Shown: piece by piece, positions 48,656 to 62,829 of the stretch
Numbering within the stretch: the stretch's first letter is position 1
Layout: each line of letters starts with the position of its first letter
Origin: the human T2T-CHM13v2.0 reference genome, Homo sapiens
DNA length: 64,000 nucleotides
Strand: one strand, 5' to 3'
NCBI RefSeq assembly: GCF_009914755.1
Contig: NC_060926.1
Translations under genes and position numbers: made by a program
The notes under the pieces: model-generated
The model's input: the letters and a program-made list of their open reading frames with translations, nothing else
Databases searched by the model: none
Told to the model about the DNA's origin: nothing

Positions 48656-50804
48656 TGATACGGTTTGGCTGTGTCCCCACCCCAGATCTCATCTTGAATT
48701 CCCATGTGTTGTGGGAAGGACTTGTGGGAGGTAATTGAATCATGGGGGTATGTCTTTGCCATGCTGTTCTCGTGATGCTGAATAAGTCTCATGAGATCTG
48801 ATGGTTCTATAAGGGGGAATTTCCCTGCACAAGCTCTCTCTTTTCCTGCTGCTATCCATTGTAAGATGTGACTTGCTCCGCCTTGCCTTCTGCCACGATT
48901 GTGTGAGGCTTCCCCAGCCACATGTCACTGTGAGTTCTCCTTCAAACCTCTTTCCTTTGTAAATTGCCTGGTCTCAGGTATGTCTTTATCAGCAGCCTGA
49001 AAATGGACTAATACAGTAAATTGGTACCAGTAGAGTGGGGTGCTGCTGAAAAGATACTTGAAAATGTGGAAGTGACTTTGGAACTGGGTAACAGGCAGAG
49101 ATTGGAACAGTTTGGAGTGCTCAGAAGACAGGAAAATGTGGGACGCTTTGGAACTTCCTAGAGACTTGTTGAATGGCTTTGACCAAAATGCTCATAATGA
49201 TATGGACAATAAAAGCCAAGCTGAGGTGGTTTCAGATGGAGATGAGGAACTCATTGGGAACTGGAGCAAAGGTGACTCTTGTTATGTTTTAGCAAAGAGA
49301 TTGGCGGCATTTTGCCCCTGCCCTTGAGCTTAGTGGAAATTTGAACTTGAGAGAGATGATTTAGGTTTCCAGCGGAAGAAATTTCTAAGCAGCAAAGCAT
49401 TCAAAAGGTGACTTGGGTGCTGTTGAAAGCATTCAGTTTTATAAGGGAAGCAGAGCATAAAAGTTTGGAAAATTTGCAGCCTGACAATGTGATAGAAAAA
49501 AATCCCATATTCTGAAGAGAAAATTCAAGCTGGCTGCAGAAATTTACATAAGTAATGAGGAGCCGAATGTTGATCCTCAAGACAGTAGGGAAAATGTCTC
49601 CAGGGCAGGTCAGAGGTCTTTACAGCAGCCCCTCCCATTACAGGCCCAGAGGCCTAGGGGTAAAATGTGGTCTCATGGGCTGGGCCCAGGGTCCCTGTGC
49701 TGTGTGCAGCCTAGGGACTTGGTGCCCTGCGCCCCAGTTGCTTCAGCTGTGGCTGAAAGGGAACAATGTAGAGCTTGGGCCATGGCTTCAGAGGGTGCAA
49801 GCCCCGAGCCTTGGCAGCTTCCATGTGGTGTTGAGCCTGCGAGTGCACAGAAGTCAAGAATTGGGGTTTGGGAACCTCTGTCTAGATTTCAGAAGTTGTA
49901 TGGAAATGCCTGGATGCCCAGGCAGAAGTTTCCTGCAGGAGTGGGGCCCTCATGGAGAACCTCTGCTAGGGCAGTGCAGAAGGGAAATGTGGGGTTGGAG
50001 CCCCCACACAGAGTTCCTACTGGGGCACCGCCTAGTGGAGCTGTGAGAAGAGGGCTACCATCCTCCAGACCCCAGAATGGTAGATCCACTGACAGCTTGC
50101 ACCATGTGCCTAGAAAAGCCACAGACATTCAACACCAGCCCGTGAAGGCAGCTGGGAGGACGGCTGTACCCTGCAAAGCCACAGGGGTGGAGCTGTCCAA
50201 GACCATGGGAATCCACCTCTTGCATCAGCATGACCTGGGTGTATTTATCCAATGCCTGTACCCTCATTTTATCTAGGAAGTAACTAACTTGCTTTTGATT
50301 TTATAGGCTCATAGGTAGAAGGGACTTGCCTTGTATCACATGAGACTTTGGATGCCAAAATGAGTTAAACCTTTGGGGAACTGTTGGGAAGGCATGACTG
50401 GTTTTGAAATGTGAGGACATGAGATTTGGGAGGGGTCAGGGGTGGAATGATATGGCTTGTCTGTGTTCCCACCCAAATCTCATCTTGAATTCCCACATGT
50501 TGTGGGAGGTACACAGTGGGAGGTAATTGAATTGTGGGGGTAGATCTTTCCCATGCTGTTCTCGTGATAGTGAGTAAGTCTCATGAGATCTGATGGTTCT
50601 ATAAGGGGGAGTTTCCCTGCACAAGCTCTCTGTTTGCCTGCTGCCATCCATGTAAGATGTGACTTGCTTCTCCTTGCCTTCTGCCATGATTGTGAGGCTT
50701 CCCCAGCCACATGAAACTGTGAGTTCTCCATTAAACCTCTTTGCTTTGTATATTGCCCAATCTTGGGTATGTCTTTATCAGCAGCATGAAAACGGACTAA
50801 TATA
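48656..50804 (+). mobile_element. THE1 (THE1A/B-like) MaLR provirus: 5'LTR 48656-49015, internal 49016-50447, 3'LTR 50448-50804
   Basis: Two ~360-bp direct repeats (tgatacggtttggctgtgtcccc...ggactaataca); internal region starts gtaaattggtaccagtagag; PPT before the 3'LTR; decayed TSD gaaga/ggagg. Confidence 0.95.
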
Positions 50805-51137
50805 GGAGGTGATCTCTGGAAGCACAGTGAGGGGGTGGGGAAGAGAAAGAGAGGGAGAAAAGCCAAAATAGGGTGCATTGAAGAGTAGGTTATTGCTGTT
50901 GTTAAGTGGGGTTAAATTTCACTCACAACCCCCCAGCTATGTGAAAGTCACTTCAGTATTGTGCCAGGGAAGGGCAAGGAAGTTGTTTACACATCCACCC
51001 TCATCCTTCATTCTTAGTGTCATTCACTTCCAAGTAGTCCAGCCTTTTTATATACTGGCCAAGCTACCTTCTAGGCCAGGTAATGCCCTTATGCAGACAG
51101 ATGCAGTTACTGGAGCTGGATGGCCACGATTTCTGGC

Positions 51138-51391
51138 AGTGGTTCTTTCTCAAACTGAGGTTGGGGCTCGGGAGGGGGGAGGAGGTTATTTTGCTCTGCA
51201 AGGAGCATTTGGTAAATTCTGTGGACATTTTTGGTAGTGACAACTGGGGGAGGGAAAAAGTGCTACTGGCTGGCATCTAGTGGGTAGAGACCAGGGATGC
51301 TGCTTAATATACCGCAGTTGATATGGTTGCCCCCTACAGCAAAGAGTTATCCATCCCCAAATGTCAGTAGTCCCATGGCTTAGAAACTCTG
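51138..51391 (+). mobile_element. MER20 (hAT-Charlie)
   Basis: cagtggttct...gctactggc(tggc)atctagtgggtagagaccagggatgctgct...agaaactctg. Confidence 0.85.
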
Positions 51392-51839
51392 TTTTACAGG
51401 AATTCAGAGCTGCAGGTGACCTCTGGGTGGGAGGACGAAGGGAGTATGGTGGGTCACCATGGCATCTGCTACACTTCTCAGGTACACCCTGAGTTTCTTG
51501 CTACTCTGCTTTTGCTCATGATGTTCCCTTTGTATCCTCATTTCCAAATCCTTTTTATTCTTTAATTTTTTTGGTATATAGTCTATATGCTATATTTTTT
51601 CACTTTTTATAAAGGAATATATTAATGTATTTTTAACTTTTTTAGAGTTTTATTGTCTAATTCCCAGTCCCAGTGCCACTTCTTCAATGAAGTCATCTGT
51701 TAGATCCTGACTAATTCCTGTATTTTCAGAATTTGCATGGTGTGTTATTTGTTCATTTCTTGTGATGCTAATACATTTTTACTTTGTGTTATATTTTTCT
51801 CTCAAATTGTTATTTTAAAGGATAACATCTGCCTTTTAA

Positions 51840-52690
51840 AAATTGGAACAAATTGTACTATGAGCATCTGTCAACCCTTTATTTAATCTATCAGTTGTTA
51901 ACATTTTGCCATGTTTTAGAAGTCTCTCTCTACTCACATGTATATGTGTATGCTGATATAGATATATAGTTTACAGTATCTATCTCTAAATCTTTGAGTC
52001 ATTTTAAAGTAAGTTGCAAATATTTTCATACTTCACCCCTAAGTACTTCACTACATATCTCCCAAGAAAAGAACATTTTTCTCCTATAGAATCTCAATGC
52101 CATGATCATACTCAAGAAATGTAACATGGTTACAGTAGCATCTTATGTGTGGTCCATATTTATATATACCCAGTTGTCCATTAATATCCTTTTAGCTTTT
52201 TTTTCCCCAGATCTGTGATCCAGTGAAAGATCATTCATTATGTTTACTGGTCACACTTAAAAAATGTTTTAAATTTTTTTCTTTAATCTAGAACAATTCT
52301 CTTACCCTTTTCTTTTTGTTTTTGGTTATTCATGACATTAATGATTAATGATTTTGAAGAGTCTGGGGCTGTTGTTTTGTAACATATCCCACAGTTTGGT
52401 TTATCTGATTTTCTCTTCATGGCTGTATTCAGTTTAAACATATTTGTCAAGCTTTTAAAATAAGTGATGTTATATACTTCTCAGTGCAGTTACCACAAGG
52501 CCCATGATATGTTTCTTCCATTGTTGCTGCTGCTTGACCACTTGTTTAAATTAAGTTGGTGTCTACCAGTTTTTCTCATTATAAAGATACCTTTTCTCAA
52601 TTATAATGAATTAGTGATCTGTGAAGTGACACTTTGGGACTGTATCCTGTTCTGAAAAACATTTTGCCCAGTGTTTTTAGTATCTTGAAT
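51840..52690 (-). mobile_element. L1ME-type 3' region
   Basis: cagttgttaacattttgcc...tacttcacccctaagtacttca. Confidence 0.65.
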
Positions 52691-53669
52691 CAATACTACA
52701 AGCTTTATTGGGGCAGAATCTCCTAACTCTTTTTCTGTCAGTGATAGTACTTAACATAATGTATATGTTTATTGAGGGATTGAATGAATTAATAAATGAA
52801 AATTTTATCTTTAGAGAATGAGAAAACATCTTGATTTATCCTGCCAGTTTAACCAAAATCTTTACAGTCACATGTTCTTTTTCTTAAGCTTGTTCAAGTA
52901 TAGAATAATTCATTACTGTTTTTTTCCTATTGCTTCACATCTCAGGGTTTTTCATCGTTTCCTCCAAATGGCAATGTCTCTTTTTCTTATCAGTAAATAC
53001 AAAGCTACTTATTCTGTATGTTTAAACCAACTTTACAACATCCATCTCACTACGATATTTCATTAAAAGAAAAATAAATGTAAATACATAGTGTTCTAGG
53101 AGCTACACCTAAATCAAGGGTGTGTGAATGTGTATATGGGTATGTAAAAATCAAGCTTACTTGCTAAATTTTCCCATGTGTTTTTTTTTTTCAATGTTTT
53201 ACTATTTCATGACAAGGATCATTACTGATTTGTTTTAAAATTATATTTAATTCTGAACTACTTTTTAAAACTACAACAATCATAGAAAGGTTGAAAAAGC
53301 TTACTTTCTTTTTTATAGTGTCACTTGCATTGTAGTTATTAAAGAGTTGATAACAAATTGCAGTAATGAAACAGTTTGTGAATATGCATTAGAAGATCAC
53401 TAAGACTAAAATTTTCTGCAGTAGAATATTTATTGCTCAATAAAGTAATGCTAATTTATAGCATTTGGCTTAAAATATTGTTGTTTTATGCACCGAAATA
53501 AGTATAACAAAAATACAAGGTTAAAAGTTCATTTAAAACATATTACATCTGAAGATGGACAATACCCCTTTCTGAATTAGTCTAATTTTCTAAGAATCAA
53601 CAACATGTATATTATCTCTGATACACATAAGAATCACGTAGCTTAATTTCCTGAAAATTGTCTTATTAT

Positions 53670-53935
53670 TAACCACTGAAAGAACTAGGCATATTTAACC
53701 TGGAGAAGAGAAGATTAAAAGAAGACCTGACAGTCATCTGCAGATGGTTTGGGGACTATCGTGTAGAATAATGCTTAGGGTAGAACTAGTGTTAGTGGGT
53801 AAAAGTGATTTGTAGCTATATTTTCTGTTTCAATATAAGAAAGAACTTTTTTCAACGGGTAATAACTGCCAAGGAACAGAGTGTGGTATCTAATGAGGCA
53901 GGGAGGACATTTTACATGGAGATAGTCATGGAAAA
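53670..53935 (+). mobile_element. L3/CR1 3' fragment
   Basis: ctgaaagaactaggcatatttaacctggagaagagaagattaa. Confidence 0.7.
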
Positions 53936-54251
53936 TTAAGTGACCTTTCTTACCTTCCCTTCATTCCCTTTGTTTCCTTCTTTCCTAATCAGTGTTTCCT
54001 GTAGATCTGTGCTGTCCAATATAGTCGCTGCTAGCCACATGTGGTGATGGAGTCTTTGAAATGTGGCTAGTCTGAATTGAGATGTGCTGTTAAGTGTGAA
54101 ATACACATCAGATGCTAAAGTTTATATTTAAAAATATAAAATATCTCACTGATAACTTTTATATTGATGACATGTTGAAATGGTGTTATTTTGTATATCT
54201 TGGCTAAATAAAATATAAAGGTTACATAACTTTAATTTATTATTATTTTAA

Positions 54252-54555
<304 letters not shown>

Positions 54556-54569
54556 TAATTATTAGCTTT

Positions 54570-57500
54570 AATTACCAGTTCTCGGTAAAAATGAGTAAAC
54601 CCTGCACCCTATCTCTCTCATTGGTTATAATTTAAAACCATAGTACCTAAAGAATACATATAGGAACTGCTTGAGGACTCTGAAAAGTAATTATCAGACA
54701 TACTAAGAAGAATTAAAAACTCAAAGATTAACCCATATGGAGGTCATTTTCTTGTGTTTTAAAAAATTTGTTTATCTTTTCTTTCCATATCTCCTGGTTT
54801 GGATCCTAGGACATCCTGGACCCTGGCACTATGCACTGGGCAAGGACAGAAAATTCTCCAATGAAAACCCTCTCCCAGGTCAAAGACATAGAAAGGGGGA
54901 CTCTTCAGGATGTAATCTTTTTTTTTTTTTCCCCCACCAACTCTTCTGTCCCTAAGGCAGGCAAGCTCTAGTGATGAAACAGGACTCTTGCAGTAGCCTC
55001 TTAGACTCTTTTCTTTTGGGGTTTCTTCTCCAGATTGACACAGTAATGGAAAGTATATAAAAACATGGGGAGGGAAAAACTCCCAGTTTCAAGCCAGAGT
55101 ACCAAGAAAAGGTGCCACTGGGAGGCAGAGTACGGGGGAAATCACAGAGAAGAGGGGCTGGAGAAAAGGATCCTTTAATCTGTGTGTGAAGTCTCAGGCT
55201 TATCCTTGAGCTTCACACATGGAACCGGACAGAATCAGTATAGCAAAGTCTTTGAGAACTGAGCTACAGCATAGAACAGTGCCCAGACTAGCCTCTGGGT
55301 GGTGCGTACTTTGGGAAAACCAGAGTAACATTTAAAGGCTTTGAAAACTATTCTGATGAATCAAGTCCACAGAAGATGGTTTAGTGCTTTCACTCTGAAC
55401 CTAACTTTATGCCAATTCATTTGGCAATTAAGTGAAATGAACACATTCCTTGAAAGAGATAAACTATCAAGATTCACTCAGAAAGAAATAGATTATCTGA
55501 TTAATCCTATATCTGTTAAATAAATTGAATTTATAGTTAAAAAAAAATCTTTCACAAATGAAATGCCAGACCCAGATTATCTTGGGTGAATTCTACCAAA
55601 CATTTAAGACAAAAAGTCACCAATTTTATGCAGTATCATCCAGAAATTGAAAAGGATACAACAGTTTCTATCTTACTTTATGAGGCTGACATTTTTCTGA
55701 TATCAAAATCAGTCAAAGAAAGTAGAAGAAAACAAACAAACAAACTATAGGCCAGTATCCCTCATTTGAACAAAGAAGTAAAACTTTCGAAAAAAATTAG
55801 CAAATTGAATTTAGCAACATATATAAAATACATACATATATATGTATACAACATACATTATCTATGTATGTATACAAGTAAAATAATATATCATAATCAA
55901 GCAGGTTTTATTCTGGGAATGAAAGCCAAGTTCAACATTTGAAAATCAGTCTATGCAAGTCTCCATATTAACAGACTAATACAAGATAAACTGTATGATC
56001 ATATCAATGGATGCAGAAAAAACTAAAATTTAAAATCTGTTCATAATAAATACTCTTAGCTAAATAGGAATAAAAGGGAATTTCCTCAGCCTCAAACTTA
56101 TAAAGGACATCTACCCAGAACCTACAGCTTAATATCATACATGGTGAAAGACTGAATGCTTTTCTTCTAAGACTGAGAATGAGGCAAAGATGTTCACTTT
56201 CCCAAATCCTATATAACATAGTACTGGAAGTTGCAGGAAGTCAAGAAAAAGAAATAAAAGGCATATGGATTGGAAAGGAAGAGATAAATCTACCTAATTT
56301 GCGTATAATGATTGTCTATGTAGAAAATCCCAACGCATATTCAAAAAATCCTAGAACTTACGAGTTTTTTAAGGTTACAGGATGTAAGATCAGCATAGGA
56401 AAATCAATCCTATTTCTTTATACTAGCAATGAACAATCAGAAACAGAAAGTTAAAAAATAGTACCAATTATAATACCTTCCTGCCAAAAAAATGCTTAGT
56501 TATAAATCTAATAAGGTATGTTCAGTATCTATATGTAGATAAAGGAATTGAAGAAGACCTCAATAAATACAGAGATATATAATATATTCAAGGATGGGAA
56601 GACTCAACATAGTTAAGATGTTTTCCCTAATTAGTTTTAATTAGTTTCCTAAGTCAATTTTCCCTAAATTAATGTACACTATTTAGTGTAATCCCCATCA
56701 AAATCCCAGCAGGATTGGGTAGATATTGACAAGATGATTTTAAAATTTACGTGGGAAGCAAAGAATTAAAATAGCCAAAACAATTTTGGAAAAGAACAAT
56801 AAAAATGGAGGAGTCAGACTACTCAGTTTGAAGACTTATTATCAAGGCAGTGTGATATTGGCAAAAGAAGAGCCATAGATCAATAGAACAAAATAGTCCA
56901 ATAATAGATCCATATAAATATGGTCAATGATTTTCCACAAAAACGCAAAGGCACTTCAATGGCAAAAGGAGTCTTCTCAGCAAGTAGACATCTACATGCA
57001 AAAAAAAGGACCTTGACTTATATTTCAAACCATGTTCAAAAATTGGTGAATCACATTCTTAAATGGAAAATTTCAAACCATAAAAATCCAAGAAGTAACC
57101 ATAGAAGGAAGGCTTTGTGACTTGGGCTGGGCATTGAGTTAGATACAACAGTAGAAACATAATCCATAAAAGAAAAAAGTTGATAAATTGGATTTCACTG
57201 AAGCTTAAAACTTTTGCTCTGCTGAAGAGACTGTTAAGAGAAGAGGAGGACAAGAAGCAGTAAGAGAAAATATTTGCAAATCATGTATCTAACAGAGAAC
57301 AAATTTCAAGAATATGTAGCTTTCAAAAGTCAACATTAAGAAAACCAACAACAATAAAAAAAATGGGGAACAGATCTGAACAGATACTCCACCAAGGAAT
57401 ATATACAGGTAGCAAATAAACACATGAAAAGATGCTCAACTTTATTAGTCATTAGGAAAATGCAGATTAAAATCATTATGAGATGCCATGATGTACCTGT

Positions 57501-58206
57501 TAGAATGACTAAAATCAATGACAATAATAACAAAATTGACCATATTAAATGTTGGCACGAATGTGTAGAAACTGGAACTCTCATGCGTTGTTGGTTTGCT
57601 AAATGTAATAGTCACTCAGGAAAAAAGGTTGGCAGTTTGTTTTATGGTTAAAGATACACTTCATCATATGACCTAGCAATCCAGTCTTAAACATTTATCT
57701 AGAAATGATAAATGTACATTCACGCAAAACATGTACATATATGTTTGTAGCAGCATCATTCATAATCATCACAAACTGGAAATCACCTACATGTCTTTCA
57801 TTGGGTAGATGGATATACAAACTATGGTACATCTGTACAATGGAATATACTAGTAGGCTATAAAAAAGGAGCAAGCTATTGATACATGCAGCAATTTGAG
57901 TCTCAAATGCCTTATGCTAAGTGAAAGAAGAAGCTGGTCTCAAAAGGTTACATACTGCATGATTCCATTTATATGGCATTCTGGAAAAATGCAAAACTGA
58001 AGGGGCCAAGAGCAGGTCAGAGGTTTCCAGGAATAAGGAATGATCGGAATATTTAAATACACAGGGATAGCATGAAGACATATTGGAGAGTGATAGAATT
58101 GTTCTGTATCCTAATTTTGGTGATGTTTACACAAATCTCTGCATGTTATACAACTCTTATAGGTGTACAGAAAAAGATGAATTTTACTGTGTATAAAGTT
58201 AAAAAA
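54570..58206 (+). mobile_element. L1MC-type element (sense): putative 5' region, decayed ORF2 from ~55400, 3'UTR
   Basis: ORF2p-like remnants (EMNTFLERDKL...QKEID; LYNIVLEV...QEKEIKGI; MKRCSTLLVIRKMQIK) and an L1MC-type 3'UTR. Confidence 0.82.
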
Positions 58207-58779
58207 TAGTTTATAATTTTTATGTCACCTTTTTTCTTTTTACTGTTTGAATGTGGCTACTGGTAAGTTTAAAATTATGTATGTGGCTTGCATTATTATT
58301 TCTATTACATAGCACTGCTTCAGATATTAGAAGTGCAAAGAAGGATTAGGTGTGCTCCGAAGTCTAGGAGAGGGATATGGCAGAAGGAAGTCTTCTAAGA
58401 AGAGGAGGCAAATTTAAATGACCTAAGTTTAGCCTCTGCCCCCTACTTCCATCCTTTGTTCTACAGATTTTGTTTGAGAGCCTAATTCATGTAAATATGC
58501 CAACTCTCAGATGTAGTAATTCCTTAGAGTCTTTTTCCTTGATATTGGAAATTAAACTCTACCACTCAAGATGAAAAGAATGCTGTGCAATGGAATAATT
58601 AGTGGCATCCTTGCATTTGTAGGCACAACAGCCTACATTGCTGAGGCAGTTGACAAGTTCCTTGACAAACTTGTGATGAATGTTTAAGTTCATATTATTA
58701 TTGGTTAGACATTATTGTTTAAATTATTGCACCCAAGATTGTTTATTGTTTATAAATTGTCATAAAGGGAAGTTTCCAG

Positions 58780-59520
58780 AAGGATGCCTAGCCAGTATGT
58801 TTATAATTTGAAGTTAGGAGTGCCAACCCAAAATTGGAGTAGAATCTAAGAATATCATGATGGACTTTAAATAGGTAAATCTAGCGATACTGAAATATAA
58901 TACAGATAAATTTAAAATTTCAAAATGGATTCTAAAATTTAGTTGTCCCAGTTAAGAAGAGGGATATGTAGCTTAGCAGTGGTAAATACATAAAAATGTT
59001 AGGGCTTTTAGTTAATAAGAAGCATAATAGGAGTCACTACTGATGAGGCTGCCAAAAAAGCTATTTTAACTTACAATGCCATTTATCAATAGAAGTTTAA
59101 TACATAAATTAAGGCATGGATTTTTGTATTTGTTTCTGTGCTCTTTAGAACACACCTAGAATCTTATCTTGAGATCTGGGTGTTATCCTCTAAGAGAGCT
59201 ATAGACAAACTGGTACATATTCAGAGAGGAGAGAGCCAAATGATGAAGGAAATTGAAACAAGTCAGATGAGGAATAGTGAAGGAGACTGGGATAGTAAGC
59301 CTGTCTAAGAGGTGACTCCTAGTGGGGTTGAAAGATAGGTCACGAGAACTGCCTTCAAATAATTGAAGGGCTGTGATATTACAGATAAATTAAACTTGTC
59401 CCATAAAGTTCTCAGAACCAGCAAATGGAATTTTCAGAGAGATATTAAATTTCAGTGTAAGGACACACTAAGGGTTAGAGCTAACTCTTGGAAATGAGTC
59501 ACCTCTTCAAAGTTTTTCGT
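58780..59520 (+). mobile_element. L3/CR1 LINE 3' region
   Basis: gctgccaaaaaagcta...atagacaaactggtacatattcagagagg...gccttcaaataattgaagggctgt. Confidence 0.75.
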
Positions 59521-59527
59521 AAAGCTC

Positions 59528-59940
59528 TGAAATGGTTTGGATATGTGTCACCTCCAAATATCATGTTGAAATGTGACCTCCAGTGTTGGAGGTGAGCCTA
59601 GTGGGAAGTGTTTGGGTCATGGGGGTGGATCCCTCATGAATGGTGTGGTGCTGTCCTTGTGATAATGAAAGAGTTCTTGCTCTGACTTCATGTGAGATCT
59701 GGTTGTTTAAAAGAGCGTGGCACCTCCTCTTGCTCTCACTGCCACTCTCATCTTGTGATGTGCCTGCTCTCCCTTCACCTCCTGCCATGATTGTAAGCTT
59801 GCTGAGGTCTTTGCCAGAAGCAGATGCTGGCACCATGCTTCCTGTACAGCCTGCAGAACTGTGAGCCAATTAAACCTCTTTTTATAAATTATCCAGTCCT
59901 CGGTTAGTTCTTTATAGTGATGCAAAAATGGACGGACACA
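59528..59940 (+). mobile_element. MSTB-like solo LTR
   Basis: TG...CA ends, TSD agctc/aactc, ATTAAA in gccaattaaacctc. Confidence 0.9.
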
Positions 59941-60107
59941 AACTCTATTGCTTGAACTTACTTTTTGTTGAGACTATCTCCTTCAAACTGGCGTTTCCAC
60001 AAAGTTCTTGTCTGACTCTCACTTCCATACTTGGAGTTTCAGTCAGTAATCATTTAATGCAGCAACTGATAAGAATAATCTATCATTGGCAGAAAACCAG
60101 TCATTTA

Positions 60108-61204
<1,097 letters not shown>

Positions 61205-62289
61205 GTATTAGTTGTATTAGTATTGAATTGTTTCTTAGAAACTATGTTTTCCTGGCAGTTATTGAAACTGATAGACAAAATAGTATGATAATATTTCACT
61301 GGTGAGGAATAAGGCAAGTATCCTGTGGACAGGCTGTGTTCCTTCTGTAATTAGGGAGTAGGAGATATGGTCCACTCTGCATATCTGGTAAGTGAGCCTT
61401 CCTGAGATGGTGCTGATACCTTCTAAAAATTGTCAGCTGCTAAGGCACAAGCGTGTAAATAAAATCTACTTTGTATTTAACATTTCTGTGATTTCATGTA
61501 TGTGTCATATTATAAAGCACTGTTGATGTGCATTTTGAAAGGAAGGAACTTCTGCGCCCATTGCTCCCACTGTTATAGCCTGGCAAGTTTCAGGGAGTAA
61601 TGAAAAATAAGACTTGAAACTCTTATTTTGTTGTTAGGTGGTTGTAACACTTCTTCCTTTTTTTTAAACCTCGCCTTATAGCACCTCTGATCCTGCTTTT
61701 ATTTCTTTGTTCTCCTGCATACTCTTCCATTTTATGAAAAGTTGGAGTAAGCAGTGTCCAGGTAATCTGTACTCTGTGTTCATATCATCTGCTCCAGGGT
61801 GAAATAAAGGAAATGTGATGTTATTGCTCTTCTATATGATTTGTGTTGGTCTTTTCTCTACTGTCTCTGCCTTGAGGTCAGGTACTATGTTTTCTACTTC
61901 CTGTATAACTCCCTAGGTGTCCAGTATGCACATCTGTGCGTTGTGGGTTTTTAATAAATGTTCTTGACTGATTTACTGACTGTTCTGCATAGCAAGAGAA
62001 CAATGCCACAGTTTATTTCAAAGAGGCTGTACAGTATTGAGGCAAAGTGTTTCACAGTTCTCTGAGGTTGAAGGTAGGAGCCTGAGAAATTCTGGAACAT
62101 AACTATGTGAGATTCTGAAAGCTATTTTAAGTTACTTCTTTGTTTTGAAAAATATTTATATAATGTTTTTATTACATGTAATGTAGTAAACTTCCTCCCC
62201 TTTTAGTACATATCTTTTCCTTAAAAAAAAAAACTTTATTATATATTCAAATACTGGTTGGTTGCCTTAAAATTTATTGAAAAATCAGC

Positions 62290-62542
62290 TGTAGAAGTAA
62301 TAAGATCTAGTGTTTGGCAGCACAATAGGGTGAGTATAGTTAACAGTAATTTATTGTGTATTTCAAAATAAAGAGTGGAATTGGAATTTTCTTAACACAA
62401 AGAAATGATAAGTGCTTGGGGTGATGGATATCTCAATTTCCTTAATTTGATTTTTATACATTATGTGCTTGTATGAAAATATCACATATACCCCATAAAT
62501 AAGTACAGCATTATATATCTATAATAGTTAAAAATTTAAAAA
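62290..62542 (+). mobile_element. L1MA-type 3' end
   Basis: aataagatctagtgtttggcagcacaatagggtgagtatagttaac...acacaaagaaatgataa. Confidence 0.82.
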
Positions 62543-62829
62543 GTCTGTCTTTAACATTATCCAGTCGTGTCCATTAAAAAGACACATTTTGTAAAGTTCC
62601 TTAAAAATAAAGATCTTTGCAAGTATTTATCTTAAAAAGCATTCTTTACTTTTATAAAGGGCTCATTGCAGAGTTCTTTTAAATGCAGAAACTCTTCACA
62701 TTGCATTTTTAATATGATTTTATTTATAAAAGTAACTGTGTCACAACTATTCAGTAAACACTTTGTAATTTATTTAAGATCAGGTTTTTTTAAAGTGGGA
62801 CAATTTTTTGCATGAGATTAAAAATAAAA

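Larger units (their letters stand above)
48580..51480 (-). mobile_element. Old ERVL LTR (LTR16-like) hosting THE1 and MER20
   Basis: cagaagaccctgagacaaaaatttgagtac...[THE1]...ggaggtgatctctggaagcac is contiguous across the THE1. Confidence 0.5.

Noticed and set aside
49555-50276. 163-aa and 203-aa ORFs
   Set aside because: They lie in the GC-richer THE1 internal region, are typical MaLR-internal open frames, and have no recognisable domain.
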